This document shows, one piece after another, positions 9,738-18,728 of a DNA stretch of 64,000 nucleotides. The notes below the pieces were generated by a model. The model worked only from the letters and a program-made list of their open reading frames with translations. It had not been told where the DNA came from and made no database searches. Location of the stretch: the NCBI GenBank assembly GCA_019913005.1, contig JAIOHL010000333.1, positions 100,885-164,884 on the forward strand. The letters are read 5' to 3'. Origin of the DNA: Anaerolineae bacterium. Its GTDB lineage: Bacteria > Chloroflexota > Anaerolineae > Aggregatilineales > J027. The translations under genes were made by a program, and so were the position numbers. Numbering within the stretch: the first letter of the stretch is position 1; every line of letters begins with the position of its first letter.

Positions 9738-9778
9738 TGCTATATAGACCAAAATACAAACGCAGGAGAACATATCCG

Positions 9779-11338
9779 ATGGCGATACTGGTCATGAAAT
9801 TCGGCGGCACTTCGGTGGGCAGCGCCAATGCTGTGCGACAGGTCTTGGAAATTACCCAAAAAGAAACCCAAAAATGGGACAATGTGGTCGTCGTCACTTC
9901 CGCTATTGGGGGGATTACGAACTCGCTGGTTAAATTAGTCGAACATGCCGCCAAACATGATTTTAATGGCCCACATGGGGTCAAATATCAACTCGATGCG
10001 CTGCGTGCCCGTCACCAACAAGCCGCCCAAGAATTTATGAACGCCAATGAACATGCCGACGAACTGGATAAAGTAGACGTTCATATTGACACCCTGCTCG
10101 AAGAATTATATGGGACGTGTGAGGAGATCGCCGCTGCGGGTGGAGCAGACAGCCGTTTGAGTGACGCCGCGATGTCAATGGGTGAACGCCTAATGGTTGG
10201 CATCCTAGCCGCGATTATGCGGGTTAGTGGCATTCCGGCCCAACCCGTAGACGCCAGCAAGGTTATTGTGACAGATCGCCGCTTTCAGAATGCCCAACCG
10301 GATTTTGCGCCCTCGCGTGCCAATGCCCAAAAAATCATCGGCCCGCTGTTGGAGCAAAAACAAGTGCCCATCGTGACGGGCTACATTGGTGCGACGCCTG
10401 AAGGCCAGATCACGACATTGGGGCGAGGGGGGTCGGATTATTCCGCGACCTACCTCGGCAGCTTGATTGATGCCAATGATGTGTGGATTTGGACGGATGT
10501 GAATGGGGTCATGTCTGCTGACCCGCGTAAAATCAAAGAGGCCAAAGTCATTGATATGATCTCTTATCAAGAGGTCAGTGAATTTGCCCATTTTGGTGCG
10601 AAGGTGCTGCATCCGCGCTGTGTCGAGCCTCTCATGGGTCCGCATATCCCGCTGCGGGTGTGCAATACGTTTAATCCCGACTATCCCGGTACACGCATTA
10701 ACAGCGCCAATGCGGGCAAACCCAAACATCTCAGCGCTGTGACTTCGATTGACGGCCTATTGGTGTTCGCCCCCTCCAACGCCGTGCCCAGTGCTCCCGG
10801 CTTGCCCTCTATGACCGACCTCGCCAGCCAAGTGCTTGAAAAAGTGCTGTTACAAGCCGCGCCGCCTGTGATTACGGTTAATGCCCATGCTGGACACCTG
10901 TTGTGTTACGTCATTCCGACGACGGCCCGCCGCACCGCCAATCAAGAAAGCCTTGCTGCCTTACAAGAAGCCTTTGCCGAAGCCTATCCCAATGGCGAAT
11001 GGCGTGTCGAACCGATTGCAATCGTCGCCGCGATTGGGGTGGTAGATGTGCAGCAAACCATGCAAGTGTTGACGGCGGTCAAATCGGTACGGGCGAATTT
11101 GCTGGCATTGGGGCATGGCTCACCCGCGTGTTGTTTGCTGGCCCTGCCCCCTGAACAAGCGCCACGAGTCGTCAAGCGTCTACACAGCCTCGCCGTATCG
11201 GTGCAATCTAATCTCCCTTATGCCGAAAACGACCCCGCCGCCCCTGCCGCTATTCCCGCCATTCCCAACAATCGCCGCCGCAAGACTACCCGACCCAACA
11301 AACGGGGCAATCCGCCGCACCGTGTTATTCCACTGTAA
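9779..11338 (+). CDS. lysC: Aspartate kinase
   Basis: MAILVMKFGGTSVG is the kinase N-terminal motif, and ...GRGGSDYSATYLG... is also present. AGGAGA lies about 10 nt upstream of ATG 9779. The track start 9734 (TTG) lies inside the hairpin and is rejected. The protein has an ACT-like C-terminal region plus a basic Pro-rich tail. Confidence 0.9.
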   Translation: MAILVMKFGGTSVGSANAVRQVLEITQKETQKWDNVVVVTSAIGGITNSLVKLVEHAAKHDFNGPHGVKYQLDALRARHQQAAQEFMNANEHADELDKVDVHIDTLLEELYGTCEEIAAAGGADSRLSDAAMSMGERLMVGILAAIMRVSGIPAQPVDASKVIVTDRRFQNAQPDFAPSRANAQKIIGPLLEQKQVPIVTGYIGATPEGQITTLGRGGSDYSATYLGSLIDANDVWIWTDVNGVMSADPRKIKEAKVIDMISYQEVSEFAHFGAKVLHPRCVEPLMGPHIPLRVCNTFNPDYPGTRINSANAGKPKHLSAVTSIDGLLVFAPSNAVPSAPGLPSMTDLASQVLEKVLLQAAPPVITVNAHAGHLLCYVIPTTARRTANQESLAALQEAFAEAYPNGEWRVEPIAIVAAIGVVDVQQTMQVLTAVKSVRANLLALGHGSPACCLLALPPEQAPRVVKRLHSLAVSVQSNLPYAENDPAAPAAIPAIPNNRRRKTTRPNKRGNPPHRVIPL

Positions 11339-11357
11339 CTAAATTCGCTCTCGTAGA

Positions 11358-11390
11358 GGGGTGGTTGTGAAATACAATCACCCCTTTTTT
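11358..11390 (+). terminator. Rho-independent terminator of lysC
   Basis: GGGGTGGTTGT pairs with ACAATCACCCC (11 bp, one G.U) around a GAAAT loop, followed by TTTTTT (11385-11390). It lies 20 nt after the lysC stop. Confidence 0.8.
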
Positions 11391-11424
11391 ATCCTCCGTC
11401 AAAAAATCCGTGACTTTCAACACG

Positions 11425-11453
11425 TTGCAAAATTTGACCCGGAATCTTATACT
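11425..11453 (+). promoter_or_regulatory. Candidate promoter of ilvE
   Basis: TTGCAA (11425-11430), a 17-nt spacer, then TATACT (11448-11453), located 90 nt upstream of the ilvE ATG. Confidence 0.5.
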
Positions 11454-11542
11454 TTTAAGTGAATTATATTTTTGCTTAAAAAATATTTCGGGTAATGCCG
11501 ATTCGCATTAAGATTTCTCAAGTTGTGCAGTGAAAAAGGAGA

Positions 11543-12499
11543 ATGATTGTGAAGAACCGTTACGCATTTTTTGAAGGGCGGATTGTTCCGATTGAAGAAG
11601 CCAAAGTCAGCGTCATGACCCACGCCCTCAATTATGGCACTGGCGCGTTTGGTGGCCTACGAGGATATTGGAACGAAGCCGATGAAGAATTATATGTATT
11701 TCGCCCCAGAGATCATTTCAAACGTATCCTTGCCTCAGCCAAAATGCTCCTGATTGATCTGCCCTATACCATTGATGACATGGTGAATATTCTGCTCAAT
11801 CTGCTGCAAGCGGAAGGCTTCCGTCAAGACTGCTACATCCGACCATTGGTCTATAAATCAGATAACGTCATTGGGGTACGCCTGAATGATCTCAAAGGTG
11901 ACTTCACGATGTTTAGCATCCCCTTTGGAAGCTATCTTGGTGATGAAGAAGGTACAAAGGTCGCGGTCAGCAGTTGGCGGCGTATTAGCGATATTTCGAT
12001 TCCGGCACGCGGCAAGTTTACCGGAGCCTATATCAACTCCGCCTTTATCAAATCCGAAGCCCTGATGAATGGTTATGATGAGGCGATTGTGCTGGACGAA
12101 TCCGGTCATATCGGCGAGGGCAGTGCGGAAAATGTGTTTATTATTCGGAATAACAAGGTGATTACGCCGCCGGTCAATGCCGATATTCTGGAAGGCATCA
12201 CCCGCATGACGGTTATGCAGTTGGTACGCGAAGAATTGGGCCTAGAAGTGATTGAACGCCCCATTGACCGCACTGAATTTTACGTGGCGGAAGAGGCGTT
12301 CTTCTGTGGCACTGGGGTTCAATTGGCCGCCATCACCGAAGTAGATCAGCGGCCTGTAGGTAATGGCAAGCTAGGGCCGCACGTCCATGCCCTGCGTGAC
12401 CTCTATTTCAGTGTCGTCCGAGGCCAGCACCCCGCCTACAAGCATTTCTGTCTCCCAGTCTATGCTTCGGAAGCGATTGCGGTACCAGCGATGGGCTAA
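11543..12499 (+). CDS. ilvE: Branched-chain amino acid aminotransferase (fold type IV)
   Basis: 318 aa. YGTGAFGGLRGY, EGSAENVFII and GITR motifs are typical of IlvE. AAGGAG lies 6 nt upstream of the start. Confidence 0.9.
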   Translation: MIVKNRYAFFEGRIVPIEEAKVSVMTHALNYGTGAFGGLRGYWNEADEELYVFRPRDHFKRILASAKMLLIDLPYTIDDMVNILLNLLQAEGFRQDCYIRPLVYKSDNVIGVRLNDLKGDFTMFSIPFGSYLGDEEGTKVAVSSWRRISDISIPARGKFTGAYINSAFIKSEALMNGYDEAIVLDESGHIGEGSAENVFIIRNNKVITPPVNADILEGITRMTVMQLVREELGLEVIERPIDRTEFYVAEEAFFCGTGVQLAAITEVDQRPVGNGKLGPHVHALRDLYFSVVRGQHPAYKHFCLPVYASEAIAVPAMG

Positions 12500-13093
12500 A
12501 GCGCCTAGACCGATGATAAACATGGAGCTTCGGAAAATACTCTGAGGCTCCAGCCAATCTATCATAAATACAGCCCCACCAGCGTTGCGCTGTTGAAAAT
12601 ACCAGCGAGCCGCTGAATATACCCCGGCATAGACTGCCAAGAGTGCTGCCAACACACGCGCTTTCCCAACACGGGTCTGGCCTGCGATCACCAATGGGAA
12701 TGAGAACATCAACACCCGCATCAAATAGGTGCCCAGATGTACTAAATGAGCTTGGACCCGCAGATCGCGCTCACATATTTTGGGATAGACGGTACAATCA
12801 GTTGGCGTTATCCCCGGAATTACCCCAGCCGGCTTGAAAATATAACCCCACGCATAGGTCTTATCCAGAATACAAAACATGACCACCGCCGAAATCATCA
12901 GCGTGTCCCGCATAGACCCCTGCGACAGCATGAATAGCGCGATGAGCGAAAAAAACAGCAACCCGTAAACCATCCCATCCCAAATCACCTGTCCCTCTTG
13001 CGGGAGCAAAACATCTTGAATCGTAACACCACCCATAAAAACCACCCCTTCTTTTGCACTGCACAATAATTTCATGTCCATGATTGTACTCAT
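12371..13093 (-). CDS. Hypothetical polytopic membrane protein
   Basis: 240-aa ORF with 5-6 hydrophobic helices and no competing long ORF. It lies 40 nt downstream of the DtxR-family gene on the same strand. Its last 43 codons overlap the 3' end of convergent ilvE. Confidence 0.5.
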   Translation of the reverse strand: MSTIMDMKLLCSAKEGVVFMGGVTIQDVLLPQEGQVIWDGMVYGLLFFSLIALFMLSQGSMRDTLMISAVVMFCILDKTYAWGYIFKPAGVIPGITPTDCTVYPKICERDLRVQAHLVHLGTYLMRVLMFSFPLVIAGQTRVGKARVLAALLAVYAGVYSAARWYFQQRNAGGAVFMIDWLEPQSIFRSSMFIIGLGALAHRWYRNRFRSIDWETEMLVGGVLASDDTEIEVTQGMDVRP

Positions 13094-13133
13094 GGCAGAA
13101 AAATCAACAATTCAGATTGCTTAACAAATGGGG

Positions 13134-13841
13134 CTATCGCGGTTCGGCGATTAAGATGGATTGGGTGGTGCTTTGGCTCAAGACGTGCAGGGTAGAATCA
13201 ATCAACACATGGGTAAGGCCATCAAACGGTTCACGTTTGGTAATCTGAATAATCGTGCCGGGTTTTAGGCCTTTTTCTTCAAAATACTGCAATTTTTCGG
13301 GGGCTTGGTCAAGAAAACGCACCACGACGCCGGGTTTATCTTGCGGCCAATTGGAGAGGGGTTGTAAATGCTCCTGTCCCGGCAATTTGCCTTCGAGGGT
13401 TGGGATGGGGTCGCCATGCGGGTCAATAACCGGGTTGCCTAGCACTTCTGCGATACGCGCCTCAAATCGCTCGGAGATGTGATGCTCCAAACGGTCAGCT
13501 TCTTCATGTACCTCATCCCAGCTATACCCCAATGCTTCGACCAGATACAACTCCAATAGCCGATGATGGCGTAAAACCTCTAACGCGACTTGTTCTCCCA
13601 ATGGCGTTAGGCGCACGCCACGATAGGGTTTAACGACCAACAAAGGCTCATGCAGTCGTTCAGTATCCGACAATTTTTTTGCCATGTCGGTGACAGACGG
13701 GGGCGTGATGTCCAAAGTCTGCGCCAAGAGGGTAGTTGGGACTAATTCATGCTCTTGTTGCAGCATATAGACCGCTTTTACAAAATCCTCAACGGCCTCC
13801 GAGCGTAGTTCACGCATAGTTCGGTCTTCATCGGTCATCAA
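13134..13841 (-). CDS. DtxR/MntR-family metal-dependent transcriptional repressor with FeoA/SH3-like C-terminal domain
   Basis: 235 aa. It has an N-terminal wHTH (VEDFVKAVYMLQ...TTLLAQTLDITPPSVTDMAKKL), a dimerisation/metal domain (HRLLELYLVEALGYSWDEVHEEADRLEHHIS), and a C-terminal FeoA-like segment. Confidence 0.85.
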   Translation of the reverse strand: MMTDEDRTMRELRSEAVEDFVKAVYMLQQEHELVPTTLLAQTLDITPPSVTDMAKKLSDTERLHEPLLVVKPYRGVRLTPLGEQVALEVLRHHRLLELYLVEALGYSWDEVHEEADRLEHHISERFEARIAEVLGNPVIDPHGDPIPTLEGKLPGQEHLQPLSNWPQDKPGVVVRFLDQAPEKLQYFEEKGLKPGTIIQITKREPFDGLTHVLIDSTLHVLSQSTTQSILIAEPR

Positions 13842-13911
13842 AAAACGACGCCCCCTTTTGAACCAGCACCTTTAATTGATGTAGTCAGTCTACTTGTCCC
13901 TCATTTACCCG

Positions 13912-14358
13912 TCAAGATAACGCGGGTTCATAGGCTAAAGTTCGTTTGCGCCAGTCTGTTGGAAACGCGATAGTCTGGTTGGTGGCATAATCATACGCCA
14001 CCATGCCTGTCATCCCAGTTGCCACAATGCTATCCGGGCCAGTTTTCTCATCGCGCTGCACCAAATAGGCCAGATCAAAACTTTTAGTGCCCAAGCGAGA
14101 ACAGCGCGTCCACACCCGTACCTGCTCACTCAGGAACAGCGGTGCTTTATACTCAACGGTAGCGCGTGCCACAATGATGCTCAAATTTTTCATATCGCCG
14201 TCCCAGCCCCACACATCCTTCGCATACGACATGCGGGCCTGTTCCATATAGGTCAGATAAGCGGCATGATTGACATGGGCCAACGCATCCAAATCCGCAA
14301 AACGGACGATCATCAGAATCGCGTGGCGGAATAATTCCGGTTTAAATAAATCATCCAT
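13912..14358 (-). CDS. Acyl-CoA thioesterase, hotdog fold (YbgC/4HBT-like)
   Basis: MDDLFKPELFRH...DLDALAHVNHAAYLTYMEQAR matches the 4HBT pattern. I use ATG 14358 rather than the track start 14400, because 14358 avoids overlapping the upstream crotonase stop at 14363. Confidence 0.75.
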   Translation of the reverse strand: MDDLFKPELFRHAILMIVRFADLDALAHVNHAAYLTYMEQARMSYAKDVWGWDGDMKNLSIIVARATVEYKAPLFLSEQVRVWTRCSRLGTKSFDLAYLVQRDEKTGPDSIVATGMTGMVAYDYATNQTIAFPTDWRKRTLAYEPALS

Positions 14359-14362
14359 CGGT

Positions 14363-15157
14363 TTATTTCCCTTGCCATTTGGCCGGACGCTTGTTGACAA
14401 AGGCGTTCATACCCTCTTTTTGATCTTCAGTGCTAAACAGGAAATAGAAATTGCGCCGTTCCAGACGAATCCCCTCGCTCAAGGGCAGTTCAAAAGCCGC
14501 GTTGACACTTTCACGGGCCAAACGAATGGCAACCGGGGCACGCGCCGCAATATCCCGCGCCAATTTCAGCGCTTCATCCAAATAGGTTTCCGGCGCAACC
14601 ACCCGATTAACCAAGCCGAATTGATAGGCTTCTTGTGCTTCCAGCCAGCGATTATTCAGCACCATCTCCATTGCAAGCGCCTTACCGACAGCCCGCGTTA
14701 AGCGCTGGGTGCCACCTGCGCCGGGAATCACACCTAAATTAATTTCAGGCTGTCCAAATTTGGCGGAGGTGGAGGCCACAATCATGTCACACGCCATTGC
14801 CAATTCGCAGCCCCCGCCAAGCGCCACGCCCGACACGGCGGCAATCACTGGCTTGTTGATTTTCGCAACTTTATCCCACAGGCTGATGCTGTCACGGGTG
14901 AGCATCTCGACGGTTGTGGCGTTTTCCATTTCTTTGATGTCCGCGCCAGCCGCAAAGACTTTTTCGCTACCGGTGATGACAATGCAACCGATTTCGCGGT
15001 CAGCTTCAAAATCGTTCAGTGCCTGCACCAACTCAGACATCAAAACACTGTCGAGGGCGTTCATGGCCTTGGGGCGATTGAGTCGAATCAGACCAACACC
15101 ACCTTCTACTTTTTCTACCAAAATATTTTCATAAGGCATGGGAGTTTCTCCATTCAA
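14363..15157 (-). CDS. Enoyl-CoA hydratase/isomerase (crotonase family)
   Basis: 264 aa. VITGSEKVFAAGADIKEM, GGGCELAMACD and EINLGVIPGAGGTQRL are classic crotonase motifs. Confidence 0.9.
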   Translation of the reverse strand: MNGETPMPYENILVEKVEGGVGLIRLNRPKAMNALDSVLMSELVQALNDFEADREIGCIVITGSEKVFAAGADIKEMENATTVEMLTRDSISLWDKVAKINKPVIAAVSGVALGGGCELAMACDMIVASTSAKFGQPEINLGVIPGAGGTQRLTRAVGKALAMEMVLNNRWLEAQEAYQFGLVNRVVAPETYLDEALKLARDIAARAPVAIRLARESVNAAFELPLSEGIRLERRNFYFLFSTEDQKEGMNAFVNKRPAKWQGK

Positions 15158-15159
15158 GG

Positions 15160-15948
15160 TTAGGCCAAAGTAAGTAAGGCTTTCATTATCAAAAATGCGC
15201 CAAACATGGAATTAGCGAAAATGGCCGCTGTAGTTGATTTAGTATGGGCGCGGATAAGGCCTGCTGTTAGACCAATTATCAAAGGGTAGGCCAAACTCCA
15301 ATAGGTGACTTCCCAGCTAACATCCCATGTAAACGCTTGGATAAAATAAAACAAGGCAAATAGCACCGCCGACCAGCCCACCGCCTGTACATTATCTTGG
15401 GTGCGTTTGACCATGATCGGATAGAGTATTCCACGAAAAATGACTTCCTCAGCGGCAGGGCGGAGAACAATAAACACTACCGCTGCCATAATCCACGTCA
15501 ATGTATCCGCGCCATCCATCCGGTCAAGCCCTAGTGGTAAACTAGTATCGGATTTACCTAGAATGAGCGTGACGGTATCCAGTGCAATCGCCACCGCCCA
15601 TGCAGCCAGAGAAGTAATCCAAAGAGGGCGGCTGCGGCTGGGAATCAAACCGAGCGATTGGGCTACTGTCTGTTTATAATGTTTAGAAGATTCCTGCTTC
15701 TTTAGCACTATGCCGCTGCTATATTGATAGGCCAGTGTCAACGCCATCACACTGCCAATGGCCGCTCCCATAATAATCGAGGGAGCTTGGGCATCGCTAG
15801 GATTGTCTTCGCGGATGGTGGTCGTAATCAACAGGCCCAAAAACAAAGCCACCGCAAACATCACCACTGTCCCAAACGCCAATCGCATCCCCCAAGGCGG
15901 AAGGTAGGGTTCAGGCAGTCGAATTTTTTTCAAAATGGATTTAATCAA
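15160..15948 (-). CDS. CPBP-family intramembrane glutamic endopeptidase (CAAX protease-like)
   Basis: 262-aa polytopic protein with motif 1 EEVIFRG and a downstream ...FALFY... helix. Confidence 0.7.
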   Translation of the reverse strand: MIKSILKKIRLPEPYLPPWGMRLAFGTVVMFAVALFLGLLITTTIREDNPSDAQAPSIIMGAAIGSVMALTLAYQYSSGIVLKKQESSKHYKQTVAQSLGLIPSRSRPLWITSLAAWAVAIALDTVTLILGKSDTSLPLGLDRMDGADTLTWIMAAVVFIVLRPAAEEVIFRGILYPIMVKRTQDNVQAVGWSAVLFALFYFIQAFTWDVSWEVTYWSLAYPLIIGLTAGLIRAHTKSTTAAIFANSMFGAFLIMKALLTLA

Positions 15949-15962
15949 TCGAAATTCCTTTG

Positions 15963-16232
15963 TTAAAACTGGGATATGAGTTTGTCATAATCCGAATGAG
16001 TACCAACCCAAAACCAGACGATTTCATCACCATCACGGAGACCCACCACCCGATAATCAATACTCACTCTCGCTGAGTAAATTGGTTTGGTCGGATGTAT
16101 CTGCTTGAAATGCAAACTTGGGTGATAGGGGTTTTCCCTAAACAGTAAATAGGCTTGCCTCGCCTGCCGTCTAATCTGCGGTGGGAGATTTTCTAGCCCT
16201 TTTCTAAATCGCTCGGTAGTGCGAGAAATCAT
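15963..16232 (-). CDS. Type II toxin, RelE/ParE superfamily
   Basis: 89 aa. The pattern ...NPYHPSLHFKQI......YSARVSIDYRVVG...DEIVWFWVGTHSDYDKLI is typical of RelE/ParE toxins. A 4-nt overlap joins it to the upstream small acidic ORF. Confidence 0.7.
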   Translation of the reverse strand: MISRTTERFRKGLENLPPQIRRQARQAYLLFRENPYHPSLHFKQIHPTKPIYSARVSIDYRVVGLRDGDEIVWFWVGTHSDYDKLISQF

Positions 16233-16447
16233 AGATCATCTGGGTCGAGTAACTGGGTTTTCCCCATTCGATGTTCTGCCAATGCCTCGTCCGCTAGGAG
16301 GGCTAAAATGTCTGCCGATTTCGCAAATACTTCGTCCCAACGGCGTTCGGAAGCCAATTCTTCTAACACCCATGCGGCAAATGCTTCCTGTTCCGACTCC
16401 GGCAGTTTGGTGATTTCAGCAATGGCTTTTTCTAGTAAGGTATTCAT
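16229..16447 (-). CDS. Cognate antitoxin (small acidic helical protein)
   Basis: 72-aa acidic protein (LPESEQEAFAAWVLEELASERRWDEVF) placed immediately upstream of, and overlapping, the toxin gene. Confidence 0.6.
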   Translation of the reverse strand: MNTLLEKAIAEITKLPESEQEAFAAWVLEELASERRWDEVFAKSADILALLADEALAEHRMGKTQLLDPDDL

Positions 16448-16696
16448 CGTTTCACCCAGTCTTTCTTATTGCGACAAATACGTGATAGAGGCAACCTACC
16501 ATCTGCTATTGGTGTAATCTAATTTGGAACTCCCAATATTGACAAATCGTCTTGCTAAAAGGTAGAGCATCTATCTACTACAAATTATACCCAAGCATGG
16601 TACTCCCGGCTTTATGTTAGAGCAGTTGGACATCTTGCATGAGAAACTCCGAAAAATTGATGAGGAGTTGATTAAGCCAATAGAAACTATGCTATA

Positions 16697-18676
16697 GTGT
16701 TTTTTAATCGCCAGAAAGAGGTTCACTTGAAAACTCCCCGTACCCCTATTGCCATATTTACCCAGCGGCTAGTCGCTTTAGGTCTCAGCATCGCAATAGT
16801 CGCTGGCGTCGTTACCCTGCAAGCACCCGTGCAAGCACAGGACAACAAACAGTTTTTGACTGAACAAGCCCTTACTGCCGCCGTCGTCCCGCCGCGTGAC
16901 CGGCTTGATCTTGCCCAGCGGCTGAACGGAGTTGGGGAAATTGCCCCACCGCCGACCACCCCCGCCAAGACTTATCAGGTTGGGGATGTTGAGCAATTTT
17001 TCGCCCAAAATGATGAGACTGGTCTATTCACAGTAGACGCCACACTGGTTTACATGAACGATGTTATTTATATGTGGATCGAAGACGGCTACACGGTTGA
17101 TTACGATAGCCTGAAGAGTGCCGCTGATGAATTTGCTAATCTCGTTTATCAACAGGCACGCGATGTGTTTGGCAGCGAATGGTCGCCGGGAATTGATGGC
17201 GACCCCCGACTGCATGTCCTCCATGTATCCAATTTGGGGGCTTACATCGCAGCCTATTATTACAGTGAGCAAGAATACCCCAACGAGGCCGTTTCCTCAT
17301 CCAATGAAAAAGAAATGTTTTATGTGAATTTGGACACGATGCTGCCTTATATTGGCTCACCCTACTATGTCGGTGTACTAGCGCATGAATTTCAACACAT
17401 GATTCATTGGGTCAATGATGCCAATGAAACCTCATGGGTCAATGAGGGTCTCAGCGAACTGTCGGCTTTCATTGGAGGCTATGGGCCAAGCGATTTTACG
17501 CCCACATTTCTCAACGAACCCTCGACACAGTTGACCCACTGGCCCGAAGATGATCGAGGTGTGGTATACGGCGCGTCGTTTTTATTTAGCGCCTATTTGC
17601 TGGAACGCTTTGGCATCGAATTCACCAAAACAATGGTGGCTGACGATGCTAATGGGATGCAAAGTGTCCAAAATACGTTGGATGCACTCGGCATTACCGA
17701 CCCACTGACAGGTGAACCAATAACAGCCTCCCAAGTCTTTGCGGAGTGGACAGCCGCCAATTACCTCAATAACGCGAAGATAGGCGACGGACGTTATGTC
17801 TATACCCACCCCGACCTTGCAAATTTGGTCGAAATTACAGGGGGAGTAGAGCAAATCGGCCTCCCAACGACGATGGAGCATGAGTCGGTCAATCAGTGGG
17901 GCACGAATTACTATACTCTCAAGGGTGAGCCAGATACCCAAACTGTGACGATTCAATTTAGTGGCAATGAAACCGTGCCTGTAATTCCTACTAGCGCCCA
18001 CAGTGGTCAATTTGCTATATGGTCAAACCGCGTGGATGACAGTGATGCTCGCCTAACCCGCGAAGTGGATTTGACCAGTGTCAGCAGTGCTACCCTCAAC
18101 TTTTGGGCATGGTACAACATCGAAGAACTGTGGGATTTTGCCTATGTGATGGTCAGCACCGATGGCGGCGCAACATGGACACCCATTGCTACCAGCCGCA
18201 CCACCGCCGAAAATCCGTTTAATACAGGTTACGGCGCGGGCTATACGGCAGCATCTGGCGACTGGGTACAGGAGACGATTGATCTTTCGGCTTATGTGGG
18301 TCAAAAAATCCAGCTACGTTTTGAATACATCACCGATGATGCGGTGGTGCGTGATGGATTCCTTCTCGATGACGTCAGCATCCCCGAAATCGGTTTCAGC
18401 GATGATTTTGAGCAACCTCTTGATGCCAGTTGGGTGGCTGAAGGCTGGGCACAAATTGATAATGTGCTGCGTCAGCCCTTTACTTTGCAGTTGATTCAAG
18501 AAGTGGTGGACGGCACGGTCACGGTTGAGCCACTGCTCACTAATGAAGATGCCCCGTCCGGTGAATGGACACTCCCGCTTGGTGGCGATGTCAAAAACTG
18601 GACACTGGTTGTCTCTGGCCTTGCACCCGTCACCATCATTCCAGCTAATTTCAACCTGACCATTACGACCCAGTAA
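16697..18676 (+). CDS. Secreted HExxH zinc metalloprotease (M6 InhA-like / M30-like) with C-terminal beta-sandwich domain
   Basis: 659 aa with a signal/TM segment (LVALGLSIAIVAGVVTLQAPVQA), the zinc motif LAHEFQHMIHW followed by NEGLSE, and a C-terminal STDGGATW...IDLSAYVGQKIQLRFEYITDD...LLDDVSIPE domain. TTG 16727 with an AAAGAGG RBS is an alternative start. Confidence 0.7.
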   Translation: MFFNRQKEVHLKTPRTPIAIFTQRLVALGLSIAIVAGVVTLQAPVQAQDNKQFLTEQALTAAVVPPRDRLDLAQRLNGVGEIAPPPTTPAKTYQVGDVEQFFAQNDETGLFTVDATLVYMNDVIYMWIEDGYTVDYDSLKSAADEFANLVYQQARDVFGSEWSPGIDGDPRLHVLHVSNLGAYIAAYYYSEQEYPNEAVSSSNEKEMFYVNLDTMLPYIGSPYYVGVLAHEFQHMIHWVNDANETSWVNEGLSELSAFIGGYGPSDFTPTFLNEPSTQLTHWPEDDRGVVYGASFLFSAYLLERFGIEFTKTMVADDANGMQSVQNTLDALGITDPLTGEPITASQVFAEWTAANYLNNAKIGDGRYVYTHPDLANLVEITGGVEQIGLPTTMEHESVNQWGTNYYTLKGEPDTQTVTIQFSGNETVPVIPTSAHSGQFAIWSNRVDDSDARLTREVDLTSVSSATLNFWAWYNIEELWDFAYVMVSTDGGATWTPIATSRTTAENPFNTGYGAGYTAASGDWVQETIDLSAYVGQKIQLRFEYITDDAVVRDGFLLDDVSIPEIGFSDDFEQPLDASWVAEGWAQIDNVLRQPFTLQLIQEVVDGTVTVEPLLTNEDAPSGEWTLPLGGDVKNWTLVVSGLAPVTIIPANFNLTITTQ

Positions 18677-18728
18677 ATTGTTCGTGACTGCGTACAGTAT
18701 CCGCAGTCGAGATAAGTGAGTAAACAGT

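Noticed and set aside
9267-9984. Three mutually overlapping track ORFs in the corA-lysC intergenic region: 9267..9638 (-), 9480..9797 (+) and 9532..9984 (-).
   Set aside because: They overlap each other and the lysC start. They lack RBS-like sequences and have odd composition with no recognisable motifs. The region is better explained as a promoter plus structured leader.
11495-11533. A 12-codon ORF MPIRIKISQVVQ (3 Ile, 2 Val) just upstream of ilvE, considered as a branched-chain leader peptide.
   Set aside because: Its stop is only 10 nt from the ilvE ATG and overlaps the RBS region. No terminator or alternative hairpins lie between them, so it cannot work as a classical attenuator. At most it is a coupling uORF.
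16614-16697. A 27-codon ORF MLEQLDILHEKLRKIDEELIKPIETML, whose pattern resembles the first helix of chorismate mutases.
   Set aside because: It is too short and has no RBS. It abuts the protease start. It may be a gene remnant, but this cannot be supported from sequence alone.
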